Assembly: GCA_030295235.1 (NCBI GenBank)
Contig: AP026164.1
Coordinates: 1,612,001 to 1,676,000, forward strand
Direction: 5' to 3'
DNA length: 64,000 nt
DNA from: Fistulifera solaris
Taxonomy: Eukaryota
A program made the translations under genes and the position numbers. Below are positions 57,099-64,000 of this stretch, in pieces. How positions within the stretch are numbered: the first letter of the stretch is position 1; the number at the start of each line of letters is the position of its first letter. The notes beneath the pieces were generated by a model. The model was not told the DNA's origin. It saw only the letters and a program-made list of their open reading frames with translations, and ran no database searches.

Positions 57099-59584
57099 AT
57101 GCTTGTTTCCTTTCAACACGTTTTATCCTTTCTCATTTTTTCCAACATTGGCTTTCTCCGTTCCGCAACGGCCTTTTTGGTGAAGAATCATCATCGCCAA
57201 CCGTACTCTCGAGCTTTCTCGACTGCATATTCCTTAACGACACTCCGAGGCGGATCTTCCTCTTCCAGGAATTACTTCATGTCGACTACAGCCACACCTC
57301 CCGTCGCACGCCGCGATGAAGATGCCGTTTATTACACGGGAGTCGCTCCTCTGGGATGGGATCTGAAATATCCTCGACAGGGCATGAATTCGCAAGAACC
57401 GTTGCTCGATCCACCGGTGGCGACACCCAATCCTTACGGATGGATGCGAGACGACAAACGCGACAAGGAAGAAGTGCAGCAGCATTTGCGAGCCGAGAAT
57501 GAATACACACAAGCTGTCACGCAGCATTTGGAGGGACTGCGGGAAGAACTGTATCAAGAAATGTTGTCGAGTATTCAAGAGACAGATTACACGACGCCTC
57601 GTCCAAATGGGGAGTACAGCTATTACACACGCACGTTTCAAGGAAAATCGTACACGGTGCACTGCCGTGCGCCGCGTCCTGTGGAAGATGGACTCATTGA
57701 GTGGGATGGTCTCGCGGAAACTCCCATATTGCCAGGTGAACAAGTGGTGCTCGATGTCAACGAACTGGCGGAAGGAAAGCCGTATTGTTCGACGGGTACG
57801 GTCAAACACTCACCTTCTCATAAGCTTTTGGTGTATGCAGCAGATTTCAGCGGAAATGAAATTTGTCAATTGTTTGTCAAGGATTTGACCACCGGAGAAA
57901 TCGTTCATCAAGATGATGACTTGGAAATTTACGGGTCGTTACGATGGGGTGCTGATGATAATACCATCTTTTTCCTAAAAATGGATGAAACTCAGCGGCC
58001 GTATCAGCTTTATCGCCGTACGCTGGATGGTTCGAAACCAGACGAGCTTTTGATTGAAGAGAAAGATGAACTTTTTTGGATGGGATGTTCCAAATCTTTG
58101 GACGGGAAGTATCTCTTTGTGCAAGTGGAAAGCAAAGAAACAGCAGAAGTTCATTATCTGGATCTCCACGACGCGTCCTCCACCTTGCAATGTATTGCCA
58201 AGCGACGACCGAAGGTTCTGTACGACGTCGAACATCGCAATGGGAAATGGTGGATTCAGTCGAATGTAGGCGGCTTGCCCAATATGGCTTTGTTTACGGC
58301 TCCTGCTGTCGCCAACTGCAAAGACCAATGGAACCTGGTGTCAGTTAAAGGTGCTGATGGTTCCACGAGAACTGCTTTTGATGGAGGTTACGATCGTTCC
58401 CTCGACAGTGTCACCTGCTTCAAGGAACATGTTGTTGCATACGGTCGAGAAGGTGGTTTGCCTCGCATTTGGATTCTCAGTGTACCATCAGATGCAGACA
58501 GTCTCACTGAGTCGAACGATGCTGTAGTAGCCAAAAGATGGAAGCACTACAGTTTACTGAAGATGCTTACGATGTGAGTATGGGGTCTCATGCCGAGTTC
58601 GACACGGACCAAATGATGGCGGTCTACGATTCTCTTGTGACACCGTCGCAGTCGCTGGAAATCTCCATGGACGATACGAGTCAGCGCAAAGTGATCAAAG
58701 AGCGTCTAGTCCCTGGATATGACAAATCCTTGTATGGTTGCGAGCGGACGACGGTGACATCACGAGACGGGGTCACACAGATTCCCGTTTCCATTGTGTA
58801 TCGCAAAGATGTCATGGAGAAAGCGAAGAACTATGGTACTCCGGTGAACGTGCACTTGTACGGCTACGGCTCGTACGGTAGTTCTGTGGAAGCCGATTTT
58901 CGTGCCACGCGGCTCGCCTTGCTGAACCGGGGCGTCGTGTACGTGATTGCCCACATTCGTGGCGGTGCTGAAATGGGTCGGCAGTGGTACGAGGAGCCTA
59001 ACGGTGCAAAGTATCTTTGCAAGAAGAATACTTTCAACGATTTTGTCGATGTGGGACGGTGGTTGGTAGAGGGTCGCAAGCTAACAACGCCAAATCTGCT
59101 TTCGTGTGAGGGACGAAGCGCTGGCGGTTTGTTAATTGGAGCCTCAATAAACCAAGCTCCTGAGCTATTCCGAGCAGCGATTCTGGGGGTACCATTTGTC
59201 GATGTCTGCTGTACCATGGCAGATGCTTCGATCCCCTTGACCATTGTGGAATGGGAAGAATGGGGAAACCCATCGGAGGTCAAGTTTCACAAATATATGA
59301 TGGAATATAGTCCCATGGAGAATGTGCAACAAGGAAAAAAGTACCCAGCTTGTTTGTTGACTTGCGGTCTTCACGATCCCCGTGTACAGTTTTGGGAGCC
59401 TGCCAAGTTTGCTGCAACTTTGCGTCATCTTCAAGGCCCGGATTCTGGTCCAGTTTGTTTGAAAACAGACATGAGTGCCGGACATTTTAGCGCGAGTGAT
59501 CGATATAAGTATTTGAGAGAGCTGGCGTTCGATTATGCATTCTTGTTGGATCAGGTCGGACTCTACACGCCAAAGAAAGAATAA
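57099..59584 (+). CDS. ptrB: Oligopeptidase B (S9A), probably plastid-targeted (apparent A-run frameshift near 58535)
   Basis: NPYGWMRDD, YGYGSYG, GRSAGG (Ser), HDPRV (Asp) and AGHF (His). Signal peptide plus ATAF. Confidence 0.9.
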
Positions 59585-60422
59585 ATTAGATGACTAAAGT
59601 TAACGACAGAATAAAATTTAGCTCTAGAAAGCATTAGGTGAAACAGATACCTACTAGATCTGCCGACTGAAACTCACGTGATTTTTGCGCCCACGTCCCT
59701 CTAGAGAGACATATCTTTCTACGTTAGTTAGATCACACTCCTACTTTGTAAAAGTCCAAGTCTAGCTAGAGACGGTATTTCGGCAACACGTTCCGAGTCT
59801 GTCACCTGAATACTCGTCAAAGAAAATCTTCTTGGTACTTTTTTTGATGATGGTGTCTTGATTGTTCCCCGTAAAGACGCGGCATTTCTATGATGGCAGG
59901 TGATCATGATTTTTGTGAGAAAAGATTCGATTGATTCGAGATCCATCATCATAATCACCTGTGCTCTCTCTGTGACACGGCAGATCGGTTTTGTTCCGAA
60001 TGAATGCGAGCTCTACGTACATTCCCAATGACACACAAAATTTGAACCTCGTGCCTGGCTTGAATTTTCGTGGCGGCGAAGGAAATTAACTGTACAAATA
60101 AAATTAATACACTTATGTGTATAGAATCAACGTTTCTGCGACATCACGATTGATTTGAATTTTGGCTCTGTGCGTTAGCCAGAAATGTGACCCCCGGGGT
60201 GGTGATGGCCTATTGCCCCCACGGTCGATGCTACGAGCCACACAAAAGTTCCCCCATCTCGTGGTCCCCAATTTCTCGAATCGATCGTCGAACTTTTGCA
60301 TTGTTGTCTCTGCTGAGAAACCACAAATCATCGTTTGACACTTACATCAAAACTTCAAAACGAATTTACGGTATTAAAAGAAAAGGGTATGTTTATATAT
60401 AACAACCAGAAACAGACCCACC

Positions 60423-60668
60423 ATGACCACAGCTCACAACAAGCGAAGCCGGGATGTTGCCGTTTGTGCTCGTCCTCACAAGAAAGTCTTGCGCCGACTC
60501 TCTGTCTCGTTCAACGATAGTGTTGTGACACACCTTTTACCAAGTGTCACCCCCAGTGTGAAGCAAGTTTTGTTCTACAATCTCGACGACATCCGTCGTT
60601 TTCAGGAACAGGAGAAGAAACGTCAGGATGCCGAGGCAGCGCAACACTTGTTGCGCATGTTGGCGTAA
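60423..60668 (+). CDS. Small hypothetical protein with an RVxF-like motif
   Basis: 81-aa ORF containing RRLSVSFND...LFYNLDDIRRFQ, flanked by AT-rich UTR-like DNA. Confidence 0.5.
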   Translation: MTTAHNKRSRDVAVCARPHKKVLRRLSVSFNDSVVTHLLPSVTPSVKQVLFYNLDDIRRFQEQEKKRQDAEAAQHLLRMLA

Positions 60669-61172
60669 TACAGAACGAAAGATGTTCTCCGAGCGACGAT
60701 ATCGTTACTACTATTTGGTTTCCTCGAATTTTTCTGCATTTGCGCGTCGTCAAATCATTTGCAAGACACAAATGAAAATTACATTTAGACTATATTAAAT
60801 TATCATATCATGTTAATCTATTTTCCACAATCTTTCGTACGCTTCTTTTTGGAAACGGCATTGCTTACTTGAGATCCTTCTCCTGAATAGCATTTACAGA
60901 CATCAAACTCAGACTAGTCAAATCTTGTCATTGGCCATCAGTTGTGATGTGGATGATCGGCCCTCTAGCTCGGAAGGACGATATGAAAAGATTCGAAAAC
61001 GATTCCTAGTTCCTAGACAAGACACACGCCAGGCAGTCCTAAAGAGGAATTCGGAATTTTACAAATCATCAGAAAACCAAATTGTTGGCCCATTTTTCCA
61101 CATTTTTCCTCATCATTATTTATTATTATTTAATGAATTCGACATAGTGCTCCTGAATAAAACTTGCATGCC

Positions 61173-62264
61173 ATGTACATCATCACACGAGATTCTATTC
61201 CGCGTAACCTGCGACGTTGCATTGCGGGTTACGAAGCCTTGCTCCGAGCTTCAAAGCAATCATCAATTACCCGTCGTTCCTTTTCGGAACGAAAGGCAAC
61301 CGGACCGGAACGGCGTAGACGATTTTACGTTCATGTCGATGTAGTATCGTGTCCTCCGGTTTGGGAGGAAAGAAATAAGCTTCACAAAGACAACAAGTCG
61401 ATGCAAGAGTCTCCTATTTCGGCGGGGGTTGACAATACCGACAGTGCATCCGGTGTCGCTCGCGGCGTTGACAAGCAACAACAATCTCATACGCTCCAAT
61501 TACGCGTTCCGGGATCGCACGAACCACTGAAGAACCAACTAAATTGGTTTACGATTCGACTGGACGAACGCCCTTTGAAGACGCCTTTAGGACACCCCCT
61601 CGCCGTCCCCTCGGAGACTTTGGCGTACGCCCTCGCAGCCGAATGGAATTGTCAAGTTGTCGATGTCATTAATCCCACGCAAATGCCACTCATGACCTTG
61701 GTAGCTACTTCCATTGATCAGACTGCGCAGGCTACCGATTTTTATCAAAACAACATTCTGCGGTATCTGCGTACAGACACGGTCTGTTACTGGGCCGACC
61801 CTATGGAAGAACGCAGCATCCATCGTCGTCAACAATCGGCTTGGAAAGATGTACATGCCTGGATCACTGAATGGAGTGGAGGATACGCTCCCGGTGTCGC
61901 CATGGGGCACGCCGAAAGTATGCTTATGGCAAAACAGAAACAATTGCCCCATCCTCCCCAATTGCAGCAAGCCTGTCACAATCTGGTGCATTCGCTCGAT
62001 GCTTGGCATTTGACCGCGTTGCACGCCATGACGATTGAAACCAAAAGCATGCTGTTGGCAATTTTTCTGTTACTGAGTAAGAGCGGAAGTATTAAAGACG
62101 TTGCCGCGGCTATGGAAGCCGCACGCGTGGAAGAAGAATTCAACATTTCAAACTGGGGTCTCGTGGAAGGCCAGCATGATTATGATAGGCTTAACGCTTC
62201 CATTCAGCTTCATGCGGCAATGCTACTGAAAGATTGTTTGGCGGCGGATAATTTTTCGTCATAA
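61173..62264 (+). CDS. ATP12: Mitochondrial F1 assembly chaperone Atp12/ATPAF2
   Basis: RRRFY, LDERPLKTP, LAAEW, MPLMTL, TDTVCY and ARVEEEF...WGLVEGQHD. Confidence 0.92.
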   Translation: MYIITRDSIPRNLRRCIAGYEALLRASKQSSITRRSFSERKATGPERRRRFYVHVDVVSCPPVWEERNKLHKDNKSMQESPISAGVDNTDSASGVARGVDKQQQSHTLQLRVPGSHEPLKNQLNWFTIRLDERPLKTPLGHPLAVPSETLAYALAAEWNCQVVDVINPTQMPLMTLVATSIDQTAQATDFYQNNILRYLRTDTVCYWADPMEERSIHRRQQSAWKDVHAWITEWSGGYAPGVAMGHAESMLMAKQKQLPHPPQLQQACHNLVHSLDAWHLTALHAMTIETKSMLLAIFLLLSKSGSIKDVAAAMEAARVEEEFNISNWGLVEGQHDYDRLNASIQLHAAMLLKDCLAADNFSS

Positions 62265-62328
62265 AGTACGACAGACTAGTAGTGTAGTCACTTTAATTCT
62301 AGGTTAGTATAATCATAATGTGTGACCA

Positions 62329-64000
62329 TTAAGCCTGATCACTACGACGAGCATCTTCTACTAACATTTCGTGCCATATGTCAAAGGACCACAACCTTCG
62401 CTCAAAATGCGTAGCCATGATTTGCAAGGGTTGTCCATCCAAAAGTTCTTGAAGTCGGATAGCGCCTAAAACGGAACCGAGTTCCACCGAAAACTCATCA
62501 AAGTTGATGAGATGCTGAAGAAACTCAAATGTGTAAATTTTTGAACAATCCGTAACCGGTGTAGGACTGTTTTGCGAAAATAGTTTATCGAAAGCTTTCT
62601 TCCGAAAGCGGGCTCGTTGCATGGAAGACGTAGCATTCGACGTTTTGCCAAGAAGCGTTTTCGACTCTTCCTCTGGTTCCGATTGTGGGGCGTCAATTTT
62701 GGTCAGCGTCAATGAATCACTTTCCTCTACCACAAGGCACTGAGGAGTGCTGCCAAGGGGAGACATTGTAGAGGGATTTTTCGTGTCGATTTTGGCTTGC
62801 AGCTGTGGGGCAAAAAAACTTAGAACCTTTAACGCCCCGTTCAACATCCACTTCGGAGGCAATTTTCCACACGGTCGACTGAGCTCAAATCCCGTGAGAC
62901 ACTCAGTCCATCGAATATCCTTTCGAAAATGCCCACGAACGACAACTTGGTATCTACGGTTCATATTGGCAAAGTAGCCAATGGAGTCATCGTACTTTTG
63001 GGGCGTTGTTCCCTCGCTCTTTCTTAACCGAAGAAGCAAAGTTCCTTCAAAAGATCTGTGCAAAAGTCGGTCACTAAGCTTTCATCCGGTGTCTCATTCC
63101 CATTGTTAATAGGCAAAATCATACATTGGTCGCACATCATGACGTCGGGAGCATAACACGATCCTTCTGGCGATGATTCGGGAATTCCCCAATGTAACTT
63201 CAAATAAGTCGGCCATGTCAAAATTGATTTCTCGGCAGTCCATATGTATTCTGAGGATCCCGAAAATCGGATTCCTTTTATTTTCGTCCCACTTCCGGGT
63301 GTTGGGCGGAGCAGCAGCGGTCTCTGAGGCCAATGCTTCGGATCGAGCGCTGGTCTCGACTGCCTGCAGCAGACACACCGTTCTGATACGGATGGAAACC
63401 TTTCTAAATCTTCCGCAATCTCAATTTGTCCAGATGAATCCATTGTTTGTAAATGGATTAAAGTGCTATGTACATGTTGCTTTTTGGGTTTCGACGCGGG
63501 TGGTGGTGTTCCCTCGAGAATGTTATGACATCGGCTCTTGAACAGAGATTGCTGTAACGTCGATGGCGCCACCAAACGATCCCCCAAATCCGTGATATCG
63601 TCATCATCTTCGTCATCTCCCATCAACAAACTGGGTAATCCTTCTGCGAGTTGTGAAGCAAAGATACATTCAATAGACTCTTGTATTGTGGGATCATCCG
63701 GGAGAGTATTTTTTCTTTGATAAAGAGTATTCTCACCAACTGCATTAGATGATCCACATAGAAGTTCCAAGTAAGAATGCTGTAAAATAGCCGTCGCCCC
63801 GTTGAACGATGGTGCGTTTCGTATTTCGTCCTGACCCTTTGTATTGTCGTCGTTTCGATCTCCGGAAACTTTCGCTGTAGGAACGATCGTCGTCCGCATC
63901 ATGGCATCCGTCAAGTCTTTTTCAGTGTCTTCGGTCGAGCTCGTTTCTGCATCGATGCGTATACTGTGACGACTACTACTTCCACTTTTTCGTCTTCTCC
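62329..64000 (-). CDS. DUF1769-like domain protein (5' end runs off the window; apparent T-run frameshift near 63050)
   Basis: DF..DLFEGTLLLRLR, YFANMNRRYQVVVRGHF and YTFEFLQH. The frame stays open up to base 64000. Confidence 0.6.

Noticed and set aside
19829..59584. Pseudogene or programmed-frameshift calls for atp1, PK, ALG14, oligopeptidase B and others
   Set aside because: These are essential or well-conserved genes with indels only in homopolymers, in both directions, with no shared slippery motif. Assembly error is simpler.

Overview
This is eukaryotic nuclear DNA, most likely from a pennate diatom. The evidence is compact genes with short GT-AG introns, bipartite ASAF-type plastid presequences, a nuclear-encoded mitochondrial ATP synthase alpha and a diatom-type Copia element. 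About 31 protein-coding genes are packed densely. Many are broken by single-base indels in homopolymer runs, which I read as long-read assembly errors, not pseudogenes. Main results: (1) a cytosolic protein that fuses a NIT (nitrate/nitrite-sensing) domain to an STY/Raf-like TKL kinase (24405-26728, minus), a candidate one-component eukaryotic nitrate-sensing kinase; (2) a very young Ty1/Copia element (26858-33140, 419-bp LTRs, GGCAG target-site duplication) inserted in the divergent promoter between that kinase and a mitochondrial pyruvate kinase; (3) that element has no tRNA-type primer-binding site, and the sequence next to its 5' LTR is instead complementary to a segment inside the LTR, a Tf1-like self-priming geometry. 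Also present are a candidate stramenopile glycolytic-intermediate carrier head-to-head with Tim9, a candidate silicalemma-associated protein, and a Rieske protein with a peptide repeat conserved at the amino-acid level. All family calls are by motif recognition only; no searches were run.
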